This document shows positions 35,607-45,543 of a stretch of DNA of 64,000 nucleotides, one piece after another; position 1 is the first letter of the stretch; the number at the start of each line of letters is the position of its first letter. This DNA comes from Verrucomicrobiota bacterium (GTDB lineage: Bacteria > Verrucomicrobiota > Verrucomicrobiia > Verrucomicrobiales > Akkermansiaceae), in NCBI GenBank assembly GCA_004293445.1, contig RDYP01000001.1:270754-334753 (forward strand), given 5' to 3'. Both the position numbers and the translations under genes were made by a program. The notes beneath the pieces are model-generated. The model was not told where the DNA came from. It searched no databases and worked only from the letters and a program-made list of their open reading frames with translations.

Positions 35607-37076
35607 TCAGGCAAGCTCCAGTGCAGCGGCGAAATGCCCCAGAAGGACATCCATCGGCTCGGTGCCGCAGGACACGCGAATCAGGTGCGAAGGAACCCCA
35701 CAGGCTTCCGCCCAATCCAGCTCGGGATAGTGTGCCAACAAGGTGTAGGGGCAGGCCAAGGTGAAGGGAGTGCCGAAGCTGGGGCCCTTGCTCACCTTCA
35801 AGGCATCGAACACCTTCGGAGCTCTCTTGGGATTCTTCAGGACGAACGACAGAAGCGGCCCATAGCCGCCCTTCGCCGTCATGATCCGATCGTAATTCGC
35901 CGTGTTGACACGCGACGGATGCCAGACCTCCGCCACCGCCGGGTGGGAGGCGAGCAGTTCGACCAGCGCCATCGCATTCGCGTTATGTGCAGCCATTCGC
36001 CCGGGAAACGACTTCAAATTGGCAAGCAGCACCTCCGCATCGCCCACATATAGCGGCGAGCAGGTCGCACTTTCCTCCGTCAGCAGCGGCAGAAAATCGG
36101 CAGCGAAGGGTGAATCCGGCCGCACCACTGCCATCCCCGCCATCACATCCCCGGCTCCCGACAACCATTTGGTCAAGCTGCTCGTCACCACGTCCGCCCA
36201 GCGCAAGGCTGCCACATTCGATGGCCCGACGGTCGAGTCGTCGATTATTAGAGGCACGCCGCCCTCGGCGCAGGCGGCAGCCACCCGCGGGACGTCGATG
36301 GTCCGCAGCAGAGGGTTGCTGGGCACCTCAGTGAAAACGGCGGCAAAGTCACCCTGACGAATCCGGCGCAAAGCCTCGTCGAAGGATTCGCCCTCGGCCT
36401 GATTGAGGAACACCACCCCGTGACCGAACAACTCCTGAACCTTCAGAGCATCGACGTAGGGAAACTCAATTTGTAGGGTTTTTCGGCCCTCCTTCAAACC
36501 CGGCAGGGAACGCAGCACCGCGGAAATCGCCGCCATCCCGCTGTTAAAAAGACACACGTGCGAGGGATCGACGGAAACGATGCCGCCAAGGCGCCTTTGC
36601 AGAAGGTGCCCCTTGTCTCCGTCGCGGACCTTGCCGTTCAGGAAATCTTCGGCCTGACGGCTTCCGATCAGCTCTCCCGTGAACCGCTGGTAGTCCACTG
36701 CCACCTGACGGGCCTTCGCCGGCACCGCCAAGACTTGCATGCCATGAAAGTCCACTGAGCGCACCGCCACCTCGCCCCGCCGTTCGATCCAGCGCTGAGC
36801 CCGCTGCGCCGAAATTTTGCCCGGAAACACCAGGACAAACTCCCCCTCCCGGCCGATCTCGTCCGCAGCAAGAGAAGTGAGGCGCGCGACCAAGGGATGC
36901 CGGAAAAAGCGAGGGTAGCCGATTCGCATCTTCCGAACCACCTTGTCGCGACCCTCCTCGTAGCCGAGGACCGATTTCCAGGTGGGCAAGCAAACCGAGC
37001 AGGCGTGGGGGGAATCTGGAAGAGGAATCCCCAAATCCTCCTCTTCCCAAGCGGGCTGGGCAATCAAATCACGCAT
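35607..37076 (-). CDS. PLP-dependent enzyme of the Cys/Met-metabolism (cystathionine gamma-synthase-like) fold, with an N-terminal insertion
   Basis: 489 aa from ATG 37076. The PLP-lysine context is VVTSSLTKWLSGAGDVMAG. An extra segment of roughly 90 aa follows the YPRF motif. Confidence 0.6.
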   Translation of the reverse strand: MRDLIAQPAWEEEDLGIPLPDSPHACSVCLPTWKSVLGYEEGRDKVVRKMRIGYPRFFRHPLVARLTSLAADEIGREGEFVLVFPGKISAQRAQRWIERRGEVAVRSVDFHGMQVLAVPAKARQVAVDYQRFTGELIGSRQAEDFLNGKVRDGDKGHLLQRRLGGIVSVDPSHVCLFNSGMAAISAVLRSLPGLKEGRKTLQIEFPYVDALKVQELFGHGVVFLNQAEGESFDEALRRIRQGDFAAVFTEVPSNPLLRTIDVPRVAAACAEGGVPLIIDDSTVGPSNVAALRWADVVTSSLTKWLSGAGDVMAGMAVVRPDSPFAADFLPLLTEESATCSPLYVGDAEVLLANLKSFPGRMAAHNANAMALVELLASHPAVAEVWHPSRVNTANYDRIMTAKGGYGPLLSFVLKNPKRAPKVFDALKVSKGPSFGTPFTLACPYTLLAHYPELDWAEACGVPSHLIRVSCGTEPMDVLLGHFAAALELA

Positions 37077-37246
37077 CAACACCCCTTCCTTGCCGGGCGG
37101 GAGGGCGGTTCGGCAAGTCAGGATTTCCGGCAAGTAACGGCGAAGGACGCTTTTCGCTCCGGATTCCGCTTGTGACGCGGGGCAGGCCTCTCCTACCTTC
37201 CGCCCGCCGCGCGGCCAGCCTCTCCGCACGCGGTCCATTCGTGCCC

Positions 37247-38386
37247 ATGAAAGCCATCCTTGCCCTGGAAGACGGCCGCCTTTTCGAAGGCCGAGCCTTC
37301 GGTGCCTCCGGAACCACCACCGGGGAAATCTGCTTCAATACCTCGATGACCGGATACCAGGAGGTGATCACCGACCCCTCCTATCGCGGACAGATCGTGG
37401 CGATGACCTACCCGCAGATCGGCAACTACGGGGTCACCCCGGAAGACGCCGAGTCCGCTGGACCTCACGTGCGAGGCTTCGTGATCGGAGAGCTCTCGCC
37501 GGTCGCCTCGAACTGGCGCTCCCGCCAGTCGCTCCCGGATTACTTCAGCGAGCACGATGTCGTAGGCATCGAACACGTCGACACCCGCGCTCTGACGAAG
37601 CATCTCCGCTCACTCGGCGCGATGCGCGCCTGCCTGAGCACCGAGCTTTCGAGCGAGGCTGCGATCGCCACCGCGCAAGCCGCCCCTTCGATGGAAGGCA
37701 TGGATTACGTGCAGGAAGTTTCCACCCCATCGAGCTACGCATGGGAGGCCGATTCCCGACGCTTCGCTCTTTCGAACGCCTCCACGGGTCACCTCGAGAA
37801 CTATCTGGAGTTGCCGCCCGTGAAGCACCGCATCGTTGCTTTCGATTTCGGCATCAAGTGGAACATTCTCCGCCGCCTTCGTCAGGCAGGATTCGAGGTC
37901 GAAGTGCTCAATTCCCGCACGCCCGCCGCAGAGGTTCTCGCTCGCAACCCCGACGGCATCTTTCTCTCCAACGGCCCCGGCGATCCGGCCGCACTGGGCT
38001 ACATTCACGAGGAGATCAAAAAGCTCATCGGCAAGAAGCCCGTCTTCGGCATCTGCCTCGGAAACCAGATCCTCGGCCACGTTTTCGGAGGGAAGACCTA
38101 CAAGCTCAAGTTTGGTCACCGTGGCGGCAACCAACCGGTGAAGGATCTTCGCAGCGGACGCATTTCCATCACCTCGCAGAACCACGGCTTCGCGGTCTGC
38201 CCCGACTCCCTGCCCTCGAACGTGGAAGTCACTCACATCAACCTCAACGACGGCACTGTTGAAGGCATCCGCCACAAGGAGATGCCCGTATTCTCGGTCC
38301 AGTATCATCCCGAGGCTGCTCCCGGCCCGCACGATGCGAGCTACTTCTTCGAGGAGTTCGCCGCCCTCATCGACGCGACCAAATAG
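37247..38386 (+). CDS. carA: Carbamoyl-phosphate synthase small (glutaminase) subunit
   Basis: The N-terminus is MKAILALEDGRLFEGRAFGA. The class-I amidotransferase Cys lies in PVFGICLGNQIL. SVQYHPEA is also present. Confidence 0.92.
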   Translation: MKAILALEDGRLFEGRAFGASGTTTGEICFNTSMTGYQEVITDPSYRGQIVAMTYPQIGNYGVTPEDAESAGPHVRGFVIGELSPVASNWRSRQSLPDYFSEHDVVGIEHVDTRALTKHLRSLGAMRACLSTELSSEAAIATAQAAPSMEGMDYVQEVSTPSSYAWEADSRRFALSNASTGHLENYLELPPVKHRIVAFDFGIKWNILRRLRQAGFEVEVLNSRTPAAEVLARNPDGIFLSNGPGDPAALGYIHEEIKKLIGKKPVFGICLGNQILGHVFGGKTYKLKFGHRGGNQPVKDLRSGRISITSQNHGFAVCPDSLPSNVEVTHINLNDGTVEGIRHKEMPVFSVQYHPEAAPGPHDASYFFEEFAALIDATK

Positions 38387-38432
38387 ACCTCCCGCCCAGG
38401 ATCACTGGCAACCGATCCCTGATCACTTTTCC

Positions 38433-39701
38433 ATGAATACCATCGTAACCGGTCTCCAATGGGGAGACGAAGGCAAGGGTAAGATCGTCGACTACCTGAC
38501 CGAAACCGCCGATGTCGTCGTGCGCGGTCAAGGTGGCAACAATGCCGGTCACACGGTCATCGCCCGCGGCACGAAATACGTCCTCCACCTCCTGCCTTCC
38601 GGAATTCTCTGGGATGGCAAAATCAATGTGATCGGCAACGGCGTCGTACTCGACCCCGTCGGACTCGTCGCCGAGATCGAGCGACTCGAAGGTCAGGGCG
38701 TTTCCGTTACGCCTGACAAACTCCTCATTTCCGACCGCTGCCACGTCGTTCTTCCGCTCCATAAGGAGCTCGACGCTGCTCGCGAAGCCGCTCTCGGCGA
38801 CCGTAAGATTGGCACGACCAAGCGCGGCATCGGCCCGGCCTACGCGGACAAAATCAACCGCTGCGGCTTGCGCGTCGCTGATCTTCTGGATGAGCCGTAC
38901 TTCCGCGAAATGGTCGCTCACCGCACGGCGGATGCCAACGAGGTGCTCGCGAAATTCGGCCTGCCGACTTTCGACGCCACCGAGCAGGCGGAGGAAGTTC
39001 TCGCCGCCTTTGCCCGTCTCCGCCCGCACGTGACGAACACCATTCCGGTCCTCCACAAGGCTTGGAAGGACGGCAAGGTCATTCTCTTCGAAGGCGCACA
39101 AGGCACCCTGCTCGACATCGACTTCGGCACCTACCCCTTCGTCACGTCATCCAACACCACCTCCGGCGGCTCCAGCACTGGAACGGGTCTTCCACCGACC
39201 GCTATCCAGCAAGTCATCGGTGTCTGCAAGGCCTACACGACCCGTGTCGGGTCGGGCCCCTTCCCCACGGCGGACGAAGGGCTTTCGCAGTATCTGCACG
39301 ATCTTGGACGCGAATTCGGCGCCACCACCGGCCGCCCGCGCGGCTGCGGTTGGTTGGATGCCGTCCTGCTCCGCCACGGCTGCATGGTGAACGGCACCAC
39401 CGGCCTCGCAGTCACGAATGTCGATGGCCTCGACAACTACGAGACTCTTCGTATCTGCACGGGCTACGACATCGACGGTCAGGTCCATGAGTTGCCGCCC
39501 GCCGACCGCCACGCGTGGGATCGTGCGGTGGCCATCTACGAAGAACTCCCAGGCTGGCAGCAAGACACCACCGCTTGCACCCGCTACGAGGATCTTCCGT
39601 CCAATGCGAAGGCCTACCTCCTGCGACTGAGCGAACTCTGCGGCACACCGGTGAAGTTCATCGGCGTTGGCCCGGACCGCGCGCAGACCCTTGTGGCCTG
39701 A
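38433..39701 (+). CDS. purA: Adenylosuccinate synthase
   Basis: Motifs GLQWGDEGKGKIVD and GGNNAGHT. 422 aa from ATG 38433. Confidence 0.95.
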   Translation: MNTIVTGLQWGDEGKGKIVDYLTETADVVVRGQGGNNAGHTVIARGTKYVLHLLPSGILWDGKINVIGNGVVLDPVGLVAEIERLEGQGVSVTPDKLLISDRCHVVLPLHKELDAAREAALGDRKIGTTKRGIGPAYADKINRCGLRVADLLDEPYFREMVAHRTADANEVLAKFGLPTFDATEQAEEVLAAFARLRPHVTNTIPVLHKAWKDGKVILFEGAQGTLLDIDFGTYPFVTSSNTTSGGSSTGTGLPPTAIQQVIGVCKAYTTRVGSGPFPTADEGLSQYLHDLGREFGATTGRPRGCGWLDAVLLRHGCMVNGTTGLAVTNVDGLDNYETLRICTGYDIDGQVHELPPADRHAWDRAVAIYEELPGWQQDTTACTRYEDLPSNAKAYLLRLSELCGTPVKFIGVGPDRAQTLVA

Positions 39702-39718
39702 AATTTCATCCCGGCTTC

Positions 39719-40465
39719 ATGCTCTCTTCGTCGCCACGACCCAGCCTCGGCCACGACATGAACCTCACTTCCATTCCCCGTCACATCGCCATCATCATGG
39801 ATGGCAACGGCCGCTGGGCAAAAGAACGTGGTCTGCCCCGCCGCGACGGGCATCGTGCCGGCGCCGAGTCCGTCCGCGAATGCGTCGAGGCCTGCAAGGA
39901 ACTCGGCGTCGAATACCTCACGCTTTACGCCTTCTCGTCCGAGAACTGGAACCGTCCCGCCGCCGAGGTCACCGCCCTGATGTTGTTGCTGGAACGCTTC
40001 CTCGAGGAGAAGGCGGACGAACTAATGAAGCAGGACGTCCGCCTCCGGGCGATCGGCCACCTCGACCGGCTACCAGAGAAAACCCGTCGCAAACTGGACA
40101 AGGCCATCGATCGCACCGCGGGGAATCGCTCGCTGACGCTCGTGCTGGCGCTGTCCTACGGCTCGCGCGAAGAAATCGTCGAAGCCGCCCGCGGACTGGC
40201 TGTCGATGCCGCAGCCGGGAGGCTCGATCCGGCCACCATCGACGCCGCCACCTTCGCCTCCCGGCTCTATACCGCGGACCTTCCCGACCCCGATCTCCTC
40301 ATCCGCACCTCGGGCGAACTGCGCGTCTCGAACTTCCTTCTGTGGCAGATCAGCTACGCCGAAATCGTGATCTTCAAAAAATTCTGGCCCGATTTCCATC
40401 AGGCTGATCTCTTCGAGGCGGCCGACGAATACGCCCGCCGCCACCGCCGTTTCGGAGCACTTTGA
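39719..40465 (+). CDS. uppS: Isoprenyl transferase (undecaprenyl-diphosphate synthase)
   Basis: Motifs HIAIIMDGNGRWA, YAFSSENWNRP and RTSGELRVSNFLLWQ. An alternative start lies at 39758. Confidence 0.9.
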   Translation: MLSSSPRPSLGHDMNLTSIPRHIAIIMDGNGRWAKERGLPRRDGHRAGAESVRECVEACKELGVEYLTLYAFSSENWNRPAAEVTALMLLLERFLEEKADELMKQDVRLRAIGHLDRLPEKTRRKLDKAIDRTAGNRSLTLVLALSYGSREEIVEAARGLAVDAAAGRLDPATIDAATFASRLYTADLPDPDLLIRTSGELRVSNFLLWQISYAEIVIFKKFWPDFHQADLFEAADEYARRHRRFGAL

Positions 40466-40570
40466 AGGCCGGTTCTCCACCCGGGCCCCATTCACCACGT
40501 CTCTCCTTTCGCCACGCCGCCGGCTTTTTCCGCTTTCCGTCGCGAATTCCTCCGCCATCTTTCCCGCCCC

Positions 40571-42184
40571 ATGACCTGTGACTTTTTGGTGATCGGCTCA
40601 GGCATCGCCGGTCTTTCTTTCGCCATCCGGGCCGCAGCTCATGGATCGGTGATCGTTATCACCAAAGGCAAGGCCCTCGACTCCAACACCGCGTGGGCTC
40701 AGGGAGGGATCGCCTCCGTTCTTCGGCCAGGGTTCTGCGACGATGGTGATTCGATCGAACTCCATGTGGCCGACACTCTCGATGCCGGTGCCGGACTCTG
40801 CCGCGAGGACGTGGTCCGCAGCATCATCGAAGAGGGTGCTGCCACCATCGACGACCTCACGAGCTATGGGGTCTCTTTCGACAAGGACGACGACCACTTC
40901 GCCCTCGGCAAAGAGGGCGGCCATTCAAAACGTCGCATCCTCCATGCCCGCGACACCACCGGTCTCGAAATCGCCGAGTCCATGGTGGAAGTCGCACGAC
41001 GCACACCAAACCTGACCCTTCTCGAAGACCACTTTACCATCGATCTCATCACCACCGGCAAACTGGGCGTGACCACTGAAGACCGCGTGCTCGGTGCTTA
41101 CGTGCTGGAGAAGCACACTGGCGAAGTGAAGATCTTCCGTTCGGATCGCGTCCTGCTCGCGACCGGTGGCTGTGGCAAGGTCTACCTCTATACGACCAAT
41201 CCCGATTCGGCGACAGGCGACGGAGTCGCCATGGCATGGCGCGCGGGTGCCAGTGTCGCGAACATGGAGTTCATCCAATTCCACCCGACCTGCTTCTACA
41301 ACCCCGCCGCCACCGGAGCGGAAGCTCGTTCCTTTCTCGTCAGCGAAGCAGTACGCGGCGAGGGCGGCATCCTCATCAATGGCAAGGGGGAGGATTTCAC
41401 CCGCAAGGCGGATCCCCGCGGCTCACTCGCCCCACGGGATATCGTCGCCCGGGCGATCGACCGGGAAATCAAAAAGACTGGAGCTCCCTGCGTCTATCTC
41501 GACGTCACTCACAAGCCCTCCGGCTTCATGCGGGAGCGCTTTCCCTTCATCTACGAAAAGCTCCGCAGCTTCGGTCTCGATTGCGAAAAGCAGCCCATTC
41601 CCGTCGTCCCTGCAGCCCATTACCAGTGCGGCGGCGTCCTAACCGACATCAACGGTAAGACCTCCATCCGAGGCCTTTATGCCATCGGCGAAGTCGCCTG
41701 CACTGGCCTCCACGGGGCGAATCGACTCGCCTCAAACTCTCTGCTCGAAGGCAATGTCATCGCCCGTCGCGCCCTCGACAGCATCGTGCATCACTATGGG
41801 GTGGAGCGAAATGGCGACGATGCTCCCGAGATCCCCGACTGGCATCACGGCGACGTGACCGCGCCCGACGAACTCGTGGTCATCTACCACAACTGGGACG
41901 AGCTCCGCCGACTGATGTGGGACTACGTTTCCATCGTCCGCACCGACAACCGCCTGCGCCGCGCCGGCACCCGGCTGAGGAACCTGAAAAAGGAAGTCCG
42001 CGAATTCTACTGGGGCCACCGAGTCACGGCCGATATCCTCGAACTCCGGAATCTCGTCGCCGTCGCATCGCTCATTGTGGACTGCGCGATCCGCCGCCGC
42101 GAGTCCCGTGGCTTGCATCACACGCTAGACTACCCGGGCCTCGACGAGCGCTTCCTGCGCGACACGGTGCTGCGTCGCTTTTAA
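40571..42184 (+). CDS. nadB: L-aspartate oxidase
   Basis: 537 aa. The FAD motif is DFLVIGSGIAGLS. SEAVRGEGGIL and a fumarate-reductase-like C-terminal domain are present. Confidence 0.9.
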   Translation: MTCDFLVIGSGIAGLSFAIRAAAHGSVIVITKGKALDSNTAWAQGGIASVLRPGFCDDGDSIELHVADTLDAGAGLCREDVVRSIIEEGAATIDDLTSYGVSFDKDDDHFALGKEGGHSKRRILHARDTTGLEIAESMVEVARRTPNLTLLEDHFTIDLITTGKLGVTTEDRVLGAYVLEKHTGEVKIFRSDRVLLATGGCGKVYLYTTNPDSATGDGVAMAWRAGASVANMEFIQFHPTCFYNPAATGAEARSFLVSEAVRGEGGILINGKGEDFTRKADPRGSLAPRDIVARAIDREIKKTGAPCVYLDVTHKPSGFMRERFPFIYEKLRSFGLDCEKQPIPVVPAAHYQCGGVLTDINGKTSIRGLYAIGEVACTGLHGANRLASNSLLEGNVIARRALDSIVHHYGVERNGDDAPEIPDWHHGDVTAPDELVVIYHNWDELRRLMWDYVSIVRTDNRLRRAGTRLRNLKKEVREFYWGHRVTADILELRNLVAVASLIVDCAIRRRESRGLHHTLDYPGLDERFLRDTVLRRF

Positions 42185-42198
42185 TCTTCCGCCCACCC

Positions 42199-43137
42199 AT
42201 GGGAACCGCCCAACAGAATCGACGATCCCTCGATCCCAGCGCCCTCGCCGGGATCTCGTTTCTCGCTCTGCTTCTCGCCACTGGGATGGTTCCGGTGCAT
42301 GCCCAAAGCCAAGTTGCAGCCGTCACCGGAGGCAGCCTCCCGAGGGTCGTCATCCCGACTTCCACACGCATCATCCCCCAGCAGCGCACCACACAGCCAG
42401 GCATTGGCATCCTCTACCCCTGGCAGAAAAACATCACCGCCACCGTCTTCTGGATCGGCGAAGAACCGACCGAGAACAATCCAACCCCGAACGACAAGTC
42501 ATCCTGGGATCAGGAATGGGCCACTCGCTTTGGTGGCTGCGATGCCCCGGAGCCGGGAACCCGGATCGCCTGCCATCGCAGCGGAGATTTCCGCCCGAAA
42601 GGCTTCACCCCGGGCCTCAATCCCTTCTACGTCGCCCTCCCCTACAACGACATCGCCGGCTGGGGACGCCACAAACCCGAGGCCGCCAAGGTGATCCCAT
42701 GGTTCGCCCGCATGAATCCCGATCCCGGCAAAACCGTTCTCAAGGGTCGATGGATCCAAATCTACAATGGCAAGCGGAGCTGCTACGCCCAGTGGGAGGA
42801 CTGCGGGCCGTGGATGACCGATGATTGGCAATACGTCTTCCAAGGCCAGCGACCGAAGAATACTTCCAACAAGGGTGCAGCGATCGATATCTCGCCCTCC
42901 GTCCGCGATTACCTCGACCTCCAGTCAGGCCAAAAGTGCCACTGGCGCTTCGTCGAAGCCGGGCATGTCCCCTACGGACCTTGGAAGAGGTACGGACTCA
43001 CCCAGACCGCCACTCCTCCGGTCGCCCAAGGGCTGCCCGATCCCAATGCCCAGCGGCGCTACCTCGACTACCTGCGCAAAGTCCGCGACGAACAGTATCA
43101 GCGGAAGACCCGCTACGATCTTCAAAGCGGACGCTGA
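42199..43137 (+). CDS. Secreted hypothetical protein (possible RlpA/expansin-like double-psi beta-barrel)
   Basis: 312 aa. The signal peptide ends ...FLALLLATGMVPVHAQS. Blocks include ATVFWIGEEPTENN, FYVALPYNDI, GRWIQIYNGKRSCYAQWEDCGPW and GAAIDISPSV. The fold suggestion is a guess from these motifs. Confidence 0.6.
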   Translation: MGTAQQNRRSLDPSALAGISFLALLLATGMVPVHAQSQVAAVTGGSLPRVVIPTSTRIIPQQRTTQPGIGILYPWQKNITATVFWIGEEPTENNPTPNDKSSWDQEWATRFGGCDAPEPGTRIACHRSGDFRPKGFTPGLNPFYVALPYNDIAGWGRHKPEAAKVIPWFARMNPDPGKTVLKGRWIQIYNGKRSCYAQWEDCGPWMTDDWQYVFQGQRPKNTSNKGAAIDISPSVRDYLDLQSGQKCHWRFVEAGHVPYGPWKRYGLTQTATPPVAQGLPDPNAQRRYLDYLRKVRDEQYQRKTRYDLQSGR

Positions 43138-43194
43138 CCGAGTCCCGCGATTCCGCGGTTGCCGACTTAGTAGGCTCTTTATTAGCCTCACTTC

Positions 43195-45450
43195 GTGACG
43201 TTTCGCATCCTGCTTGCCCTCATCGCACTGCCAACTTTGGCCGTCTCGGAAGAGAACTTTATCCCCGACATCGCGGCAAATGTCACACGGCCTTGGCCGG
43301 GAAAGGACTTCTGGTCGAATCCTGCCGAAGACTGGATGGTGTCGAAAGGACGCATTGAAAACGCCTTCTCCGGTGGCAACCGCAACGTGGTTCTCCTCAC
43401 CGCCTCCATCAACGAATCCAAGGCGCCCTTCAATGTGCGCGTCCATCTCGACCAAGTCTCCTTCGAACTCTTTGGCGAAGGCTTCGTCGGGCTCCAAGTC
43501 GGACTCCGCGGATCAAATCCCGACTTTCGCGAAGCCGCCGTGGACGGCACCGGGTTCCCCGTCGGCATCGACTTCAGCGGAAAGCCCTTCATCGGATCGA
43601 TCCAAGCCGACCAAGCCCCCCTCCCTCTGCCCCTGCTCGGCTTGGTCCTGGAACTCAAGGGCGAACCAGCCGACGGCGATCTCTATCACCTCAGCCTGCT
43701 CGTTCAGGACGCCACCGGGAAAATCCTCCGCAGCATCGCTACCGAGGTTCACCAAAGCTGGCTCACAGGACTCATTTCGCTCACCTCGTCCACACGCCCG
43801 GCCCCGCTGGTCGATCTCGCCTCCGCCCGACCCTCCAAGGTGCCACCCCTCGCCCGCGACCGCGAGGGCGAAGGCCGCTTCGCTTTCAGCAAACTCGTGC
43901 TCACCGGCGGCAAATTCACCCGCCACCCGGAGCGCGCCTTCGGCCCCGTTCAGTGGGTGACTCACACTTTCGACAATGATGGAACCCTCTGCCTGCTCGC
44001 CCAAGCGGCAACTTTCAGCCGAAACGAGAAGCTCGAGGCCGAACTCCACCTGCCCGGTCGCGAACCGCAATTCGCCACCCTCGACCCCATTTCCCGCAGC
44101 GCCCGCTTCCGCGTGATCCGGCTCGATCCCACGAAGGAGCTGACCTACGAGGTGAAGCTCGCCGGTGAATCTTTCAAAGGGACGATTCGCGGCACCCCCC
44201 GCGATCGGCCGATCACCATCGCCTCCCTCACCGGCAACCACAGCACCGAGGGCAGCGGTTTGCCCGACCCGACGATCATCGCCAACGTCAGCGCCCACGC
44301 CCCTGATTTCATCAGCTTCCACGGAGGCCAGATCGACGAAAATACCGGCGGCTATGGTCAAATCTACGACCACCGTCCGGGCGATCGCGCCCTGATCTGC
44401 TATCTCCGCAAATACGCGCTTCACGGCTGGGCTTGGCGCGAACTCCTCCGCTCCACCCCCTCCGTCACGCTTCCGGGCGACCGCGATGTCTTTCACCAAA
44501 AACTCTGGGGAGCCAATGGCATGCGCTCCGACATCACCAACGGTTACGGAGCGCAGGCCGAGGATTCTGGCGGCTACAAAATGTCGGTGGAGTTCGTCAA
44601 TGCGGTCCACCGCACCCAGACCGGCAATCTCCCCGACCCCGCCGACCCAGCTCCCTGCGCCTCCGGCATCAGCGTCTATTTCACCCGCCACGCGTGGGGC
44701 CCTCTCGATTTCCTGATCCTCTCCGACCACCAATTCAAGTCCGCTCCCAAGCCCCTACTCCCCGCCGCCAGAATTACCAAAGGCTGGCCACTCGCCAGTG
44801 ATTGGAACGCGGCCACCGATGCCACAGTCGAAGACGCGAGCCTGCTCGGGACCCGCCAAGAAGCCTTTGTCGACCGCTGGACGAAGTCTCCCGCAAAGGG
44901 CAGCAAATTTCGCATCGCCCTGTCCCAGCACCCCTTCCTCGCCCTGCGGACATTCCCTGCCGAGCTGCAGTCCGACGAGCTTCTGACCGAAACCCAGACT
45001 TCGACCGCCGACGATGAAGCGAAAGCGGACTTTGTCGCCAATGCGTGGCCCTCCGCCCCGCGCGCCAAAACCCTCGATCTCCTCGCCTCCGTATCCGCCT
45101 TCCACCTCTGCGGCGGCCCCTTCCCTGCAGCCACAGGGCGTTATTCCAAGCCCGATGGCAGCCTCGCGTGCTGGTGGGCGAATGCCGCTCCCAGCATCCC
45201 CGCCCCCGCCATCCGCTGGGCACCCGCCAAGTCGTCAAAGGGCAACGCGCGCGACGCCTTCGGGCACCCTTTTGAGCTCGATGCCGTCGCCAATTCCGCC
45301 AGCGGCTACCTGATCACCCGCTGGGAGCCCGGCACCGGCGAAGTCCGCATCGAGAACTGGCCCGCCAAAGCATCGCCACAGCAAGCAGCGCCGGACAACC
45401 GCCCCTTCGAAGGCTGGCCCGTCACCATCTCTGGGAAGTCTCAAGATTGA
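43195..45450 (+). CDS. Large secreted hypothetical protein (possible degenerate PhoD-like metallophosphatase C-terminal half)
   Basis: 751 aa from a GTG start. The signal peptide is MTFRILLALIALPTLAVS. Weak PhoD-like strings are LPGDRDVFHQKLWG and DFLILSDHQFKS. The family call has low confidence. Confidence 0.55.
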   Translation: MTFRILLALIALPTLAVSEENFIPDIAANVTRPWPGKDFWSNPAEDWMVSKGRIENAFSGGNRNVVLLTASINESKAPFNVRVHLDQVSFELFGEGFVGLQVGLRGSNPDFREAAVDGTGFPVGIDFSGKPFIGSIQADQAPLPLPLLGLVLELKGEPADGDLYHLSLLVQDATGKILRSIATEVHQSWLTGLISLTSSTRPAPLVDLASARPSKVPPLARDREGEGRFAFSKLVLTGGKFTRHPERAFGPVQWVTHTFDNDGTLCLLAQAATFSRNEKLEAELHLPGREPQFATLDPISRSARFRVIRLDPTKELTYEVKLAGESFKGTIRGTPRDRPITIASLTGNHSTEGSGLPDPTIIANVSAHAPDFISFHGGQIDENTGGYGQIYDHRPGDRALICYLRKYALHGWAWRELLRSTPSVTLPGDRDVFHQKLWGANGMRSDITNGYGAQAEDSGGYKMSVEFVNAVHRTQTGNLPDPADPAPCASGISVYFTRHAWGPLDFLILSDHQFKSAPKPLLPAARITKGWPLASDWNAATDATVEDASLLGTRQEAFVDRWTKSPAKGSKFRIALSQHPFLALRTFPAELQSDELLTETQTSTADDEAKADFVANAWPSAPRAKTLDLLASVSAFHLCGGPFPAATGRYSKPDGSLACWWANAAPSIPAPAIRWAPAKSSKGNARDAFGHPFELDAVANSASGYLITRWEPGTGEVRIENWPAKASPQQAAPDNRPFEGWPVTISGKSQD

Positions 45451-45543
45451 GACGCCGCCGCTCTCGGCCAGCAAAGCAGCATCCCCGCTTGCGTGCCCCT
45501 GGCACCCCTTCCATTCTCATTTCGATTTGTCCGACAACTGCCC

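Noticed and set aside
43513-44733. Long antisense ORFs inside other genes: a 406-aa ORF antisense to the 751-aa secreted protein gene, plus similar ones at 33781..34827, 37610..38332, 50982..52076, 53867..55468 and 56985..58058.
   Set aside because: All lie wholly inside better-supported genes on the other strand and have the typical antisense high-GC composition with no recognisable motifs.
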